A DNA stretch of 64,000 nt, taken from Candidatus Pacebacteria bacterium CG10_big_fil_rev_8_21_14_0_10_44_54. Lineage in GTDB: Bacteria; Patescibacteriota; Microgenomatia; UBA1400; PJMF01. Below are positions 38,736-48,762 of the stretch, piece after piece. The notes below the pieces were generated by a model. It searched no databases. It had not been told where the DNA came from and worked only from the letters and a program-made list of their open reading frames with translations. Position 1 is the first letter of the stretch, and every line of letters begins with the position of its first letter. A program made the position numbers and the translations under genes. The stretch is from contig PFDI01000006.1 of NCBI GenBank assembly GCA_002772695.1, positions 1,214 through 65,213 of the forward strand. The letters are read 5' to 3'.

Positions 38736-39728
38736 ATGCCAGAACCAGTAATCACTGTAAGAAATCTAAAAAAACATTTTTCTGTTTACAAAAAAGAACC
38801 AGGATTACTCGGCTCAGTCCGCTCACTTCTGCGACGCGAATACGAAACTGTAGCTGCGGTTGATGATATTTCATTTTCAATCAAACAGGGTGAAGTTGTT
38901 GGTTTTATCGGACAAAACGGAGCAGGCAAAACAACAACGCTTAAGATGCTTGCTGGCCTGCTATATCCCACTAGTGGAGAAGTTTCTGTACTCGGCTTCA
39001 ATCCTTGGAATCGAGAAAATGCTTTTCAAAAACAATTCTCACTAGTGCTGGGACAAAAAAATCAACTTTGGTGGGACCTACCCGCCATGGAAACATTTTT
39101 GCTCAACCAAGCGATTTATGATATCCCAAACCCACGGTTTCGCAAAACACTCAATAAACTAGTTGATTTGCTCGATGTAAAAGATTCCATACAAATTCAA
39201 GTCCGCAAACTTTCGCTCGGACAACGCATGAAGTGCGAACTTATTGCAGCACTTTTGCACAATCCAAAAGTGCTCTTCTTGGATGAGCCAACTATTGGTC
39301 TTGACGTGATTATGCAAAAAACACTGCGAGATTTTATTTCTGAGTACAATAAAGAGTATAACGCAACAATCATTTTGACGAGTCACTATATGGATGACGT
39401 CAAAGAACTTTGTGAGCGTGTCATCATGATTGATCATGGCAAAAAAATATATGATGGCTTACTCAGTAGTATCATTAACAAATATGCTCGCAACAAAATT
39501 CTCTCAGTAGTATTCGCTGCGCCCGTCAGCAAAAATGACTTGAAAAAGTTTGGCACAATAAAACACCTCACTGGCTCATCAGCTACTTTGCTTGTCTCGC
39601 GCAAAGATGCAACAAAAATTGCAGCTCGCTTGCTTGAATCACTACCAGTACAGGATCTTAATATCGAGGAAGCACCACTAGAAGCAATTATTCGAGAAGT
39701 GTTTGGTAATAGAGCAAAAATCGCGTGA
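38736..39728 (+). CDS. ABC-2 type exporter ATP-binding protein
   Basis: GQNGAGKTT, GQKNQLWWDLP, LSLGQRMK, LDEPTIGLD. Confidence 0.93.
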   Translation: MPEPVITVRNLKKHFSVYKKEPGLLGSVRSLLRREYETVAAVDDISFSIKQGEVVGFIGQNGAGKTTTLKMLAGLLYPTSGEVSVLGFNPWNRENAFQKQFSLVLGQKNQLWWDLPAMETFLLNQAIYDIPNPRFRKTLNKLVDLLDVKDSIQIQVRKLSLGQRMKCELIAALLHNPKVLFLDEPTIGLDVIMQKTLRDFISEYNKEYNATIILTSHYMDDVKELCERVIMIDHGKKIYDGLLSSIINKYARNKILSVVFAAPVSKNDLKKFGTIKHLTGSSATLLVSRKDATKIAARLLESLPVQDLNIEEAPLEAIIREVFGNRAKIA

Positions 39729-40516
39729 ACCCATATCTTAGATTACTGTCGCTCTCCTGGCAAAATGGTCTCGTCTACAGAACCAATCTCTTGATGTGGC
39801 GGTTTCGACAATTTTTATCAAGCCTGATGTCACTCACTGTCTGGAGTGTCCTATTTACTAGCCAAACCAACGTATTTGGCTACAACAGGGCAGAGATGAT
39901 TAGTTACATTTTTATGGCAGCCATACTGCATGGACTCGTGCTTGCATCAGCACTGTACGGCCTCGCAGAACGAATCTACTCGGGTGATATCAGCTCGTTG
40001 CTACTCAAACCGGTCTCTTTGTTTTCGTATCTAGCAATCGAAGAAGTGGCAGACAAGGGTCGCAATATTCTTGCCACCTTGATCGAAAGCGGCATACTCA
40101 TCGCACTCTTTCAACCAGAAATTGTGCTTCCTTCGGCATATACTACAGTAGTTTTCCTCCTCTGGGCAGCTGGTGGAGTGATTCTCAACTTTCTTTTCTC
40201 GCTCTTATTTGGCACCCTCGGCTTTTGGAGTCCTGATACTTGGGGGCCAAAATTTTTATTCTTTATTTTCCTTGATTTTAGCGCTGGCAAGTTATTTCCG
40301 CTTAATATTTTGCCAGATTGGCTACAGTCTGCTTTATTCCTCACCCCATTTCCATACCTCACCTTTATGCAAACGCAGGTTTTTCTCGGCAAAGTGGCAA
40401 TCGATAAAATTTTGATTCATAGTAGCGCATTGCTACTTTGGATAGTTTTATTTTATTTACTCAACAAATTTCTTTGGCACTGGGGATTTAAAAACTACGC
40501 AGCACAAGGACAGTAA
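39725..40516 (+). CDS. ABC-2 family permease (DUF990-like)
   Basis: 6 TMs; YR, I.SG.....LLKP, FPL...P. Confidence 0.85.
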   Translation: MNPYLRLLSLSWQNGLVYRTNLLMWRFRQFLSSLMSLTVWSVLFTSQTNVFGYNRAEMISYIFMAAILHGLVLASALYGLAERIYSGDISSLLLKPVSLFSYLAIEEVADKGRNILATLIESGILIALFQPEIVLPSAYTTVVFLLWAAGGVILNFLFSLLFGTLGFWSPDTWGPKFLFFIFLDFSAGKLFPLNILPDWLQSALFLTPFPYLTFMQTQVFLGKVAIDKILIHSSALLLWIVLFYLLNKFLWHWGFKNYAAQGQ

Positions 40517-41310
40517 TGAATCGAATACAAACATACTGGCGAGTCTGGCGATTAACTGGCTTTAACGCACTGCAAGTTGCCTTTGTGCATCGAGGTACAA
40601 ATATATTTTTCTTACTCGGAAAAATGTTTCGATTTTCAATCAGCCTGTTGTTTTTGCTACTGATTAAGCAAAGCGTCTCTACGCTTGGTGGTTATTCTAG
40701 CGATGAAATGCTGGTCTTTTTTTTGGTTTATCAAGTGATCGATTCATTTTCTCAAGCACTCTTTCGCAACGTCTATGTATTTGGCAATCAAGTAAAAAAT
40801 GGCGAGCTTGATTTTTTACTCATTAAACCGCTCAATCCATTATTTCGCATCCTAACCGACAAACCAGATATAAATGATTTGTTATTTTTGCTGCCAACAG
40901 TGGGCGTAAGCTTCTATCTGCTTAGCACTCTGACAATCTCTGTCACCCCCGTCTCAATTCTTTTGTTTGCAGTATTGTTTGTGAATGCGCTTGTCATAGC
41001 ATTGGCACTGCACATTCTCATTGTAGCTATTGCTGTGTCTATCGTTGAAATTGAAGGACTTGTTTGGCTCTATCGAGATCTTACCTCGCTCGGCAGATTT
41101 CCTGTTTCTATCTATCATGAGTCTATTCGTTTAGTCTTATTTTTTCTCATTCCGATTGGACTAATGCTTACTGTTCCAGCACAGGTGTTACTCAATCTAA
41201 AACCTTCAGTCGGTATTGCTCTAGTATTTGGCATCACCGGATTGTTGCTACTTTCCAGTTTACAATTTTGGAAATATAGTCTGAAAAAATATACTAGCGC
41301 AAGCAGCTAA
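40516..41310 (+). CDS. ABC-2 family permease (DUF990-like)
   Basis: 6 TMs; V..GELD..L.KP, RFP.SIY, Y.SASS C-terminus. Confidence 0.85.
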   Translation: MNRIQTYWRVWRLTGFNALQVAFVHRGTNIFFLLGKMFRFSISLLFLLLIKQSVSTLGGYSSDEMLVFFLVYQVIDSFSQALFRNVYVFGNQVKNGELDFLLIKPLNPLFRILTDKPDINDLLFLLPTVGVSFYLLSTLTISVTPVSILLFAVLFVNALVIALALHILIVAIAVSIVEIEGLVWLYRDLTSLGRFPVSIYHESIRLVLFFLIPIGLMLTVPAQVLLNLKPSVGIALVFGITGLLLLSSLQFWKYSLKKYTSASS

Positions 41311-41816
41311 CGACGCGGCGACTGTCTTGAGCGTCGGGCTTTTCCACCCATGCCAATTTTGCGAGTTTCCTTCATGCGATCATCACGGGTGAGCATACCC
41401 TCTTGTTTGAGCAAAGTGTGAAATTCTGCATTTTGTTTGTCGAGTGCTCGAGCTAAACCATGTACGATAGCTTCTAGTTGTGCTCTCGTACCAGAACCAG
41501 AAACCTTGACTGAAACAGCGGTCGTCTCGCTAGCGCCAGTTACAGCCAGTGGTGCGCGAAGCAGCCGTACTGCGTCTGGAATGGTGTTGAAATACTCTCC
41601 TGCCAATACACCATTAACAGCAAAGTCTCCCTCCACCGTGTATAAACGAACACGTGCAGTAGCGACTTTCCTTCGGCCAATTCCCTCAGTGTATGCACCA
41701 GTCTGCGTTGGAACTGTGTTCTTTTCAACTACCTTAGCTGACTTCTTGGCTTGTGGGATAATTTTCTTTACCACTCGCTGTGCTTGACCTTTTTTCTTTG
41801 CTAAACGTAACGCCAT
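41307..41816 (-). CDS. rpsI: 30S ribosomal protein S9
   Basis: GRRK.A.ARV, LTRD.R.KE.RK, KARR..Q...R. Confidence 0.96.
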   Translation of the reverse strand: MALRLAKKKGQAQRVVKKIIPQAKKSAKVVEKNTVPTQTGAYTEGIGRRKVATARVRLYTVEGDFAVNGVLAGEYFNTIPDAVRLLRAPLAVTGASETTAVSVKVSGSGTRAQLEAIVHGLARALDKQNAEFHTLLKQEGMLTRDDRMKETRKIGMGGKARRSRQSPRR

Positions 41817-41819
41817 AAC

Positions 41820-42245
41820 TTACTCCTTTGTAGCCAATTGACTCTGATGCCCGTGTTCTGCTCCAGCATAGATTTTGAGTCGCTTCATTCGCTGATTTCG
41901 CAATTTATTTTTTGGCAACATGTTGTAAACGGCTTTTTCAATAATACGTTCGGGAAATTTAGCTTGCATATCTGCAAAAGGGGTGCTGACAAAACCGCCA
42001 GGATAATTTGAGTGACGATAATACATCTTCTGCTGGGCTTTATTGCGAGTGACTGCTACTTTGGCAGCGTTAATAACGACAACATAATCACCCATATCAA
42101 CATTTGGTGTATAGTCTTTCTTTTTCTTACCTATAAGCAATGTAGCAATTTGTGTTGCAGATCTGCCAAGAATCGCCTTGGAGACATCTACTTCATGCCA
42201 AGCTCTCGTTACATCTGCTGGTTTAGTGATAGACGATTTGTGCAT
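41820..42245 (-). CDS. rplM: 50S ribosomal protein L13
   Basis: W..VD....LGR, YTPNVD.GD, HS.YPGG, MLPKN. Confidence 0.97.
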   Translation of the reverse strand: MHKSSITKPADVTRAWHEVDVSKAILGRSATQIATLLIGKKKKDYTPNVDMGDYVVVINAAKVAVTRNKAQQKMYYRHSNYPGGFVSTPFADMQAKFPERIIEKAVYNMLPKNKLRNQRMKRLKIYAGAEHGHQSQLATKE

Positions 42246-42246
42246 G

Positions 42247-42729
42247 TTATTTCTTCTTTGTTATTGATTTCTTTTTTGTTGTGGCTGCTGGTTTTTTTGC
42301 CACAGATTTCTCTACCGCCACCGTCTTTTTTGGTATATTTGGGGTTTTTGGTTTAAATGTTCCCAAACGCTCTCTTTGTTCTAGTAGGGTGACCTTAAAA
42401 AGTGGTGTTGCATCACCTCGGCGAATACCAGCAGGTGAAATGGTAACAAAACCAGAGTCGCGTTTCTTGAATGCCGGGGCAATAACAGCAACCAATGCAT
42501 TACTAATATCACGTTTGCCAAACTGCTTGTGCAACACTCTTCTATTGACAACAGAATCAGTTTTTGAACGCACTATGACTGAGTCTACCTGACGCTTGAG
42601 CTCTTTCGCCTTGGCTTGGGTCGTTGTGATCGTACCATGCAAAAACAACTCACGCAGGAGGTTTTTCATCAGAGCACCCCGGTGCTTTGTGTCACGATTT
42701 AGCTTGCGTTTTGCTACTCTGTGTCTCAT
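42247..42729 (-). CDS. rplQ: 50S ribosomal protein L17
   Basis: MRHR...RKLNR...HR, I.TT..KAKE, RRGDA. Confidence 0.96.
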   Translation of the reverse strand: MRHRVAKRKLNRDTKHRGALMKNLLRELFLHGTITTTQAKAKELKRQVDSVIVRSKTDSVVNRRVLHKQFGKRDISNALVAVIAPAFKKRDSGFVTISPAGIRRGDATPLFKVTLLEQRERLGTFKPKTPNIPKKTVAVEKSVAKKPAATTKKKSITKKK

Positions 42730-42735
42730 GGTAAA

Positions 42736-43680
42736 TTACTCGCCTAAACTGACGCCCTTTTTCTGCAGTGCGCCATCAACAACTACCACGCTTTTCTCAC
42801 CAAGATTTTTTACCTTTGCAATAATATTTTTTGAGGTACCAACTAAGTCACCAACAGTGGCAAAACCACCCTTGCGTAATGCATTGGCTATACGAGTTGG
42901 GAGGTCAAGCTCTTCGACAGTGAGTCGAAGTACTTCTGCCTCTTCTGGACTGAGGGTTGATTCTGGCTCAACAACCACTTGTGTCGCAGGATTTGTAATC
43001 TGCGTAAACTGTCTAGACAGTATCTGGGCTGCTTGCTTGACTGCGTTTATCGGTGAGATAGAACCGTCAGTTGTGATTGATAAAATAAGTTTGTCAAAAT
43101 CGGTTCTGCGTCCAACTCGAGTAGACTCGACTTTATATGATACGCTTACGATTGGTGAGAATAGCGCATCGAGCATGACGTCACCAACTCCGGTGCTTTG
43201 CTTGTCATCGGACACTTGATACCCAGTGCCTGTGTCCACTGTCATTTCTATGTCTATTGAACCATTTTTTGCTAAAGTCATAATGTGCTGGTCACCATTG
43301 GCAATAGAAAAACCAGCCTCACACTCAATATCTTTGGCAGTAAGTACTTTTGGTCCCTTAGCTGAAAGCCGCAGTGTGCCGGCGCCGTTTGCCTGAGCAA
43401 TGACTCGCACTAACTTAAGATTAAGACCAATCTCTAAGACGTCTTCGGTAACACCCGGAATCGCACTAAACTGATGGTCAACGCCCTGCATTCTGAATTG
43501 TGTAATTGCTGCACCAGGCAAAGACGACAAAAGCACTCGGCGAATTGCATTGCCAAGCGTGTGGCCATAGCCTTGCTCAAGTGGTTCTATGGTAATGACA
43601 GAAGTCTGATCATTTTCTGCCACTTCGCTCAACTCAAATGTTGGGTTCATGACAGGGTATTCTGCTGTATCTTGTAACAT
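42736..43680 (-). CDS. rpoA: RNA polymerase alpha subunit
   Basis: EPLEQGYGHTLGNAIRRVLLSS, DALFSP, TDGSI, CTD with NLGEKS; start 43680 follows AAGGA. Confidence 0.97.
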   Translation of the reverse strand: MLQDTAEYPVMNPTFELSEVAENDQTSVITIEPLEQGYGHTLGNAIRRVLLSSLPGAAITQFRMQGVDHQFSAIPGVTEDVLEIGLNLKLVRVIAQANGAGTLRLSAKGPKVLTAKDIECEAGFSIANGDQHIMTLAKNGSIDIEMTVDTGTGYQVSDDKQSTGVGDVMLDALFSPIVSVSYKVESTRVGRRTDFDKLILSITTDGSISPINAVKQAAQILSRQFTQITNPATQVVVEPESTLSPEEAEVLRLTVEELDLPTRIANALRKGGFATVGDLVGTSKNIIAKVKNLGEKSVVVVDGALQKKGVSLGE

Positions 43681-43749
43681 ATTGTTCCTTTTTGTTTCTT
43701 CTCCTCTCATCTGAGAGAATCCGTTTCTTTGGTTTATACTTTTTACTAC

Positions 43750-44355
43750 TTATCGACTGTAATACTCTACTACTAACTGCTCTACAACTGGTTCAATTAC
43801 GTCACTGCGTACTGGCAATCTAACAACCCTAGCTGCAACTTGTTTTTTCTCGAGCCATTCTGGCTGGACCGCGTCTGATTCAAGCATAGCTTTGATAGCA
43901 GGAATTTTGCTCGCTTTTGTGCTCAAAACAAGCGCGTCATTTATTTGTACTTGGTAGGATGCCACATTGTGTTTCTTACCATTGAGTCGTACATGGTAAT
44001 GACTGACAAGCTGTCGCGCAGCAGCGCGAGTTGGCGCCCAACCTAAACGAAACACAACGTTATCTAGTCTTCGTTCAAGATAAGAGATAAGCGTTGAACC
44101 CGTGGCAAGCTGGCTCTTGGTAGCTTGTTGGTAAAGTCGCTGTAATTGCTTTTCTGAAACACCATAGACATAACGAATCTTCTGTTTTTCTCTCAATTGA
44201 ATACCGTAATCTGATAATTTTCTTCGTCTCTTAGCGCCATGCTGGCCTGGTCTGATGTTAATACGACGACCCACCTTGAGCGCATTTGTCTTAAGAGACA
44301 AATCTTCACCAATCTGGCGTGCTAGTTTGTTTCGTGAACCTGTGTATCGTGACAT
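43750..44355 (-). CDS. rpsD: 30S ribosomal protein S4
   Basis: PGQHG, SDYG.QL.EKQK, LERRLDNVV.R, VVEYYSR. Confidence 0.97.
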   Translation of the reverse strand: MSRYTGSRNKLARQIGEDLSLKTNALKVGRRINIRPGQHGAKRRRKLSDYGIQLREKQKIRYVYGVSEKQLQRLYQQATKSQLATGSTLISYLERRLDNVVFRLGWAPTRAAARQLVSHYHVRLNGKKHNVASYQVQINDALVLSTKASKIPAIKAMLESDAVQPEWLEKKQVAARVVRLPVRSDVIEPVVEQLVVEYYSR

Positions 44356-44357
44356 AA

Positions 44358-44753
44358 TTATTTGTTGTGCTTTGCTTTCCTTGGTCGAGTACCATTGTGT
44401 GGAGACGGAGTCATATCGGCAATCATGTTGATCCGGATACCCTGAGCTTTAAGAACACGTAGTGCTACATCTCTACCCGGACCTGGTCCTTTAATATACA
44501 GATCCATTGTCTGCATCCCAAATGCACGGGCCTTATTGACTGCATTTTCGAGCGTAATTGTCGCAGCATAAGGCGTTGACTTGCGCGAACCGGTAAATCC
44601 TGCTTCACCAGCGGTTGACCAACAGAGTACATTGCCCTGCTCGTCGGTCACGCTAGCAAGTGTGGTATTGAATGTTGCTGTCACATACAAACGACCACTC
44701 GAAACAAGCCGTTGCTTCTTATTTTTTGATGCTGATTTGGTAGTGTTTGCCAT
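44358..44753 (-). CDS. rpsK: 30S ribosomal protein S11
   Basis: GF.GSRKSTPYAA, KGPGPGR, TP.PHNG.RP. Confidence 0.97.
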   Translation of the reverse strand: MANTTKSASKNKKQRLVSSGRLYVTATFNTTLASVTDEQGNVLCWSTAGEAGFTGSRKSTPYAATITLENAVNKARAFGMQTMDLYIKGPGPGRDVALRVLKAQGIRINMIADMTPSPHNGTRPRKAKHNK

Positions 44754-44756
44754 AGA

Positions 44757-45167
44757 TTATTTTTTTGCTGAACTATCTTCTAACTTTGCAGCCATTTCTT
44801 TGCTCAATGAACCAACCGTTTTGCGTTTGCCACCGCCGCGTGCACTGCGAGAGTTGGTTCGGGTTCTTTGTCCTCGAGCTGGTAATTTTGCAGCATGTCT
44901 GGAACCACGATAGGTCTTGGTTCTCTTAAGTCTATCTATATTGTCGTTAATTTCTCGCCGCAGATTTCCCTCAGTTTGGAATCGTTCGAGGCTTCGTTGG
45001 ATTCTATTTATTTCATCGGTGGTGAGATCTCGGGTTCTTTTGTGTTCATCAACATGTGCTTCGGTCAAAATACTCTTCGCCCGATACGCGCCAACACCAA
45101 AGATACTCTGCAGTGCGAACTGAATCTTTTTATGTTCTGGAAGGTCAACACCAACGATACGAATCAT
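44757..45167 (-). CDS. rpsM: 30S ribosomal protein S13
   Basis: RIVGVDLP, YRG.RH...LP.RGQRTRTN. Confidence 0.97.
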   Translation of the reverse strand: MIRIVGVDLPEHKKIQFALQSIFGVGAYRAKSILTEAHVDEHKRTRDLTTDEINRIQRSLERFQTEGNLRREINDNIDRLKRTKTYRGSRHAAKLPARGQRTRTNSRSARGGGKRKTVGSLSKEMAAKLEDSSAKK

Positions 45168-45170
45168 ATA

Positions 45171-45287
45171 CTAGCCCTGTCTTTGCTTATGCTTAGCATT
45201 TGTCGAGCAAACCACACGCAACACACCCTTTCGGCGAATAAATTTACAGCCGATGCAGATTTTTTTTAGTGATGTCCGAACTTTCAT
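45171..45287 (-). CDS. rpmJ: 50S ribosomal protein L36
   Basis: Not in the ORF track: [38 protein letters not shown]. Confidence 0.96.
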   Translation of the reverse strand: MKVRTSLKKICIGCKFIRRKGVLRVVCSTNAKHKQRQG

Positions 45288-45342
45288 GTTTAATTCCTCA
45301 AGAGAGGTGAACTATACCAGGTGTGATCTTGTTTGAAAAGAC

Positions 45343-45672
45343 TTAAATTGACTGCGGTTCCTTTTGTGTTGATCTAAAGGTTATTTTCATCTTTTTGAGG
45401 TCATATTTTGATACATATCCCTTAACTACATCGCCAGGCAAAACCCGAATTCGAAATAGTCTCATCTTTCCAACTAATGTGCCAAGTAGTGTTCTGCCAA
45501 TCATTTGTGGATACTGCGACTGCTTGATTTCAACATAAAACATAGTGTTTGGCAGACAACGAGAAACCTCACCTTCCACCTCAAAACGGTCACTAGCAGC
45601 AGCCTTTTGTTGAGTTGGGTCGACTTGTCGCCGGCCTTTTGCAGTTCGCTTATGATCTTGCACTTTACCCAT
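45343..45672 (-). CDS. infA: Translation initiation factor IF-1 (extended)
   Basis: EVEG.V...LPNTMF.V, GKMR..RIRVLPGD.V, YDL....I.FR; canonical position between map and rpmJ. Confidence 0.9.
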   Translation of the reverse strand: MGKVQDHKRTAKGRRQVDPTQQKAAASDRFEVEGEVSRCLPNTMFYVEIKQSQYPQMIGRTLLGTLVGKMRLFRIRVLPGDVVKGYVSKYDLKKMKITFRSTQKEPQSI

Positions 45673-45693
45673 AGAACCCCAGATTATAACAAA

Positions 45694-46482
45694 TTATAGG
45701 CTTTTTGTCAGGACTTCGTGTCCAAACTCAGTTACAAGCACCGTTTCTTCAAACATCGCAGAGAGCGAGCCGTCTTTGGTGCGATAGGTCCAGTTGTCCT
45801 TTGCTAATTTGAGCTCTGGGTCGCCCGCCGCGTACATCACTTCTATAGCAACAGTCTGTCCTGTCGAAAAAAATACTTTCTCATCAGACTTATTTGCTAC
45901 TACAGGTATGCTAGGCTCCATATGTAGTTTTTCACCTATGCCATGGCCAGTTAATTGGTAAATAGCGCCAAAACCATGAGTATCAAGAACGCGTTGCATA
46001 GCTTTGCTAACAGCATAGACAGAGGCACCGGATCGCACTTTTGCTATAGCTGCTGCGAGGCTCTTCTTGCCAACCGCAAGAAACTCCTGGGTTCCAACAG
46101 GTGCCTCACCAACAATAAAGCTTGTGGTTGTATCGAGATGATATCCCTTGTTGAGTAGTCCAATGTCGATGGTAACTACATCCCCGCTCTGGATTGTATC
46201 TTGTTGTGGTATACCATGACAAAGAGCGTCGTTGCGCATGACACAAGTTGCCCAGCTGTATCCAGGAACACTAGAAAAACTAGCTACAACCTTGTGTTTT
46301 TTTAGTAATGCTTGAGCCCAAGACTCAATTTCTTCAAAAGTCGTGCCAGGGACTGTCCGTCGCTCCAGCTCATCTCTGATCTGAGCCAGAATACGACCGC
46401 CTTGTCGCATTGCAGTAATTCTAGTAGTAACTTGCTGCGTAGGTGACAACTTATGCCTCGATTGCAGCAATGATCTGAGCAA
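45694..46482 (-). CDS. map: Methionine aminopeptidase type I (start uncertain)
   Basis: HGIP, D.G....D, GHGIG..LH.EP, AIE, SA.FE.T. Confidence 0.93.
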   Translation of the reverse strand: MLRSLLQSRHKLSPTQQVTTRITAMRQGGRILAQIRDELERRTVPGTTFEEIESWAQALLKKHKVVASFSSVPGYSWATCVMRNDALCHGIPQQDTIQSGDVVTIDIGLLNKGYHLDTTTSFIVGEAPVGTQEFLAVGKKSLAAAIAKVRSGASVYAVSKAMQRVLDTHGFGAIYQLTGHGIGEKLHMEPSIPVVANKSDEKVFFSTGQTVAIEVMYAAGDPELKLAKDNWTYRTKDGSLSAMFEETVLVTEFGHEVLTKSL

Positions 46483-46987
46483 AAACGTCTTCTATAGAGA
46501 GTTCGCCATCAACGGTTCGTAGCTTGCCTTTTTTTCGATATGCTTCAATAACAGGAGTCGTCACACTATGAAAAAGAGAAATACGCTGTCTGATCGCAGA
46601 GAGTGTCTCGTCTTCACGTTCTGCTACACGACCGGAAATTCTCCAGAGTGCTTCCTTGTCAGAAACGTCAATATAAACTACATGATCAATAGAGCCGTTG
46701 AAGGCTTCTGCTTGGGCTACAGTGCGAGGAAAACCGTCGAGTACAAAGCCATTTTGGTATTCTGGCTTTTTAAGGTACGTGAGAACAACTTCTAGTGTTG
46801 TCTCATCTGGGACAAGCGCTCCAGAATTAAGCAGCTCTTTGAGCCAACGACCAAGCCTAGTTTTTTCCTTAGCCATTTCTCGAAAGATGTGACCAGAAGA
46901 AAGGTACGGAATTTTATATTTATCAGACAGCATGCTTCCCTGTGTTGATTTGCCGGCTCCCTGTATACCAATCAAAACTATTTTCAT
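46451..46987 (-). CDS. adk: Adenylate kinase (short LID)
   Basis: G.QGAGKSTQ, G.LVPD, LDGFPRT..QA. Confidence 0.95.
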   Translation of the reverse strand: MKIVLIGIQGAGKSTQGSMLSDKYKIPYLSSGHIFREMAKEKTRLGRWLKELLNSGALVPDETTLEVVLTYLKKPEYQNGFVLDGFPRTVAQAEAFNGSIDHVVYIDVSDKEALWRISGRVAEREDETLSAIRQRISLFHSVTTPVIEAYRKKGKLRTVDGELSIEDVFAQIIAAIEA

Positions 46988-47018
46988 GTTTATCCTTTTT
47001 TTCTTTGTACTGTGATTA

Positions 47019-48302
47019 TTATGTATACTGGTCGTAATTTTGTTCGACCAGCATACTCTCAGCCTGTTTTGTCGTCTCTAAAATAACGGAAACAACAATC
47101 AGCACTCCAGTTCCGCCAATAGCAAGCGATTGAATTTGTGTCAGTAACTGCGCCACTGATGGTAAAACTGCAACAAAACCAAGAAAAAGGGCTCCTGCAA
47201 AGGTAATGCGAGAAACCACAAACTCTAGATATTTCTTTGTCGATGCTCCTGGTCGTATGCCAGGAATAAAGGCGCCACTTTTTTTTAGTTCAGAAGAAAT
47301 GTCCTCTGCGTTAAAAAAGATCAACGCAGAGAAAAAGGTAAACACGAGCACTACTAGAAAGTAAATTGTCATATATATATAGGAAGTCTCTGCAAACCAA
47401 ATGCTCAGGTTCTGCCCTAAGGTGATAAGTTCTGGGTTGGCGCTGGCCAAGAAAATCCTGGCCAAAAAAGATGGTACAAGCATTAGTGAAACAGCAAAAA
47501 TAATTGGCAACACTCCTGTAACGTTGACACGAATAGGTAGGTGCGTTGTCTGTCCACCATAAACTTTGCTACCACGAGTTCGTTTGGCATACTGAATTTG
47601 CACTTTTCTGATCGCCTCATTCATGAACACTATCAAGGCAATAACCAAAAGAAACAGGGTTAGAAAAATCACAACAGTCATAAGTTGATCTGCAGTTGTA
47701 AGCGACCATACCTGTCCAACTGAGGTTGGGAGCTGACTAATAATACCAGCGAATAAAATCATGGAAATACCATTACCAATGCCGTAGATTGAGATAAGCT
47801 CGCCTAACCACATAACCACCAAAGAACCAGTGATCAAAGAAAGAATGATTGCTCCCAAAATGACGAGGTCTGAGGCAAGTAGCAAATCCTGTGATCGCAA
47901 TAACGCTAGAACAGAAATACTCTGAACAATGCCAAGTGGAACCGAAAGCAATCTTGTATATTGATTAACTTTTTCTCGACCACTCTCGCCGTCTTTCTGT
48001 AATTCTTTGAGTTTTGGGATAACCATACCTGCAAGCTGCATCACAATTGATGCTGTGATAAATGGATTGATTCCCACGGCAGCGATCGAAAACCTTGCCA
48101 ACGTTCCGCCAGAAAACACATTGAGAAGACTGAGAAACTGACTGCCGCTGAATAATTGCTCAAGTCTATCAATGTCTACACCAGGCAAGGGAATATGTGC
48201 AAGAATACGAAAAACTAAGAAAATTAAGGCAGTAAAAAATAACTTTTTTCTGAGTTGTGCAGAAGAAGCTATTTTTTGGAAGAGGGCAATAAATCTCTGC
48301 AC
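47019..48302 (-). CDS. secY: Preprotein translocase subunit SecY
   Basis: [37 protein letters not shown]. Confidence 0.97.
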   Translation of the reverse strand: MQRFIALFQKIASSAQLRKKLFFTALIFLVFRILAHIPLPGVDIDRLEQLFSGSQFLSLLNVFSGGTLARFSIAAVGINPFITASIVMQLAGMVIPKLKELQKDGESGREKVNQYTRLLSVPLGIVQSISVLALLRSQDLLLASDLVILGAIILSLITGSLVVMWLGELISIYGIGNGISMILFAGIISQLPTSVGQVWSLTTADQLMTVVIFLTLFLLVIALIVFMNEAIRKVQIQYAKRTRGSKVYGGQTTHLPIRVNVTGVLPIIFAVSLMLVPSFLARIFLASANPELITLGQNLSIWFAETSYIYMTIYFLVVLVFTFFSALIFFNAEDISSELKKSGAFIPGIRPGASTKKYLEFVVSRITFAGALFLGFVAVLPSVAQLLTQIQSLAIGGTGVLIVVSVILETTKQAESMLVEQNYDQYT

Positions 48303-48310
48303 AATGTGAG

Positions 48311-48760
48311 TTAACTTGTTTGCGTGATACTACCACCTGCTGCTTCAATCTTTTGTTGAGCAGCTTTCGTAACATCCAAATCTTGCACAGTTTTTTTCTT
48401 TGAGATCTCGCCAGTTGCAATAATCTTAACGCCTTTTGCTCGACTGCTGATAATTTTTTCTAATTTCAGTGTCTCAAGTGTCACAATATCTGCTACGACT
48501 GTATTAAGCTTGCTAAGTGAAAGCTCTACTCGCTTACCAGATGAAACAAATTTTCCCTTACCACGAAGCATTGGCATGCGCTTAATAAGTGGCAATTGAC
48601 CACCCTCAAACCATAATGGAATGCCTTTACCCGAACGAGACCTCTGACCCTTTTGTCCTCTACCGGCCGTGTGACCACCAATGCCAGACCCGTAGCCTCG
48701 GCCTACGCGCTTACGTTTTTTTGTGGTACTAGCTGTGAGTTGTGAGAGTAAACTTGGCAT
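48311..48760 (-). CDS. rplO: 50S ribosomal protein L15
   Basis: [23 protein letters not shown]. Confidence 0.97.
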   Translation of the reverse strand: MPSLLSQLTASTTKKRKRVGRGYGSGIGGHTAGRGQKGQRSRSGKGIPLWFEGGQLPLIKRMPMLRGKGKFVSSGKRVELSLSKLNTVVADIVTLETLKLEKIISSRAKGVKIIATGEISKKKTVQDLDVTKAAQQKIEAAGGSITQTS

Positions 48761-48762
48761 GA

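Noticed and set aside
43703-43718. CTCTCA-TC-TGAGAG inverted repeat in the rpoA leader
   Set aside because: Short, with a 2-nt loop and no U-tract; not enough to call a terminator or regulatory RNA
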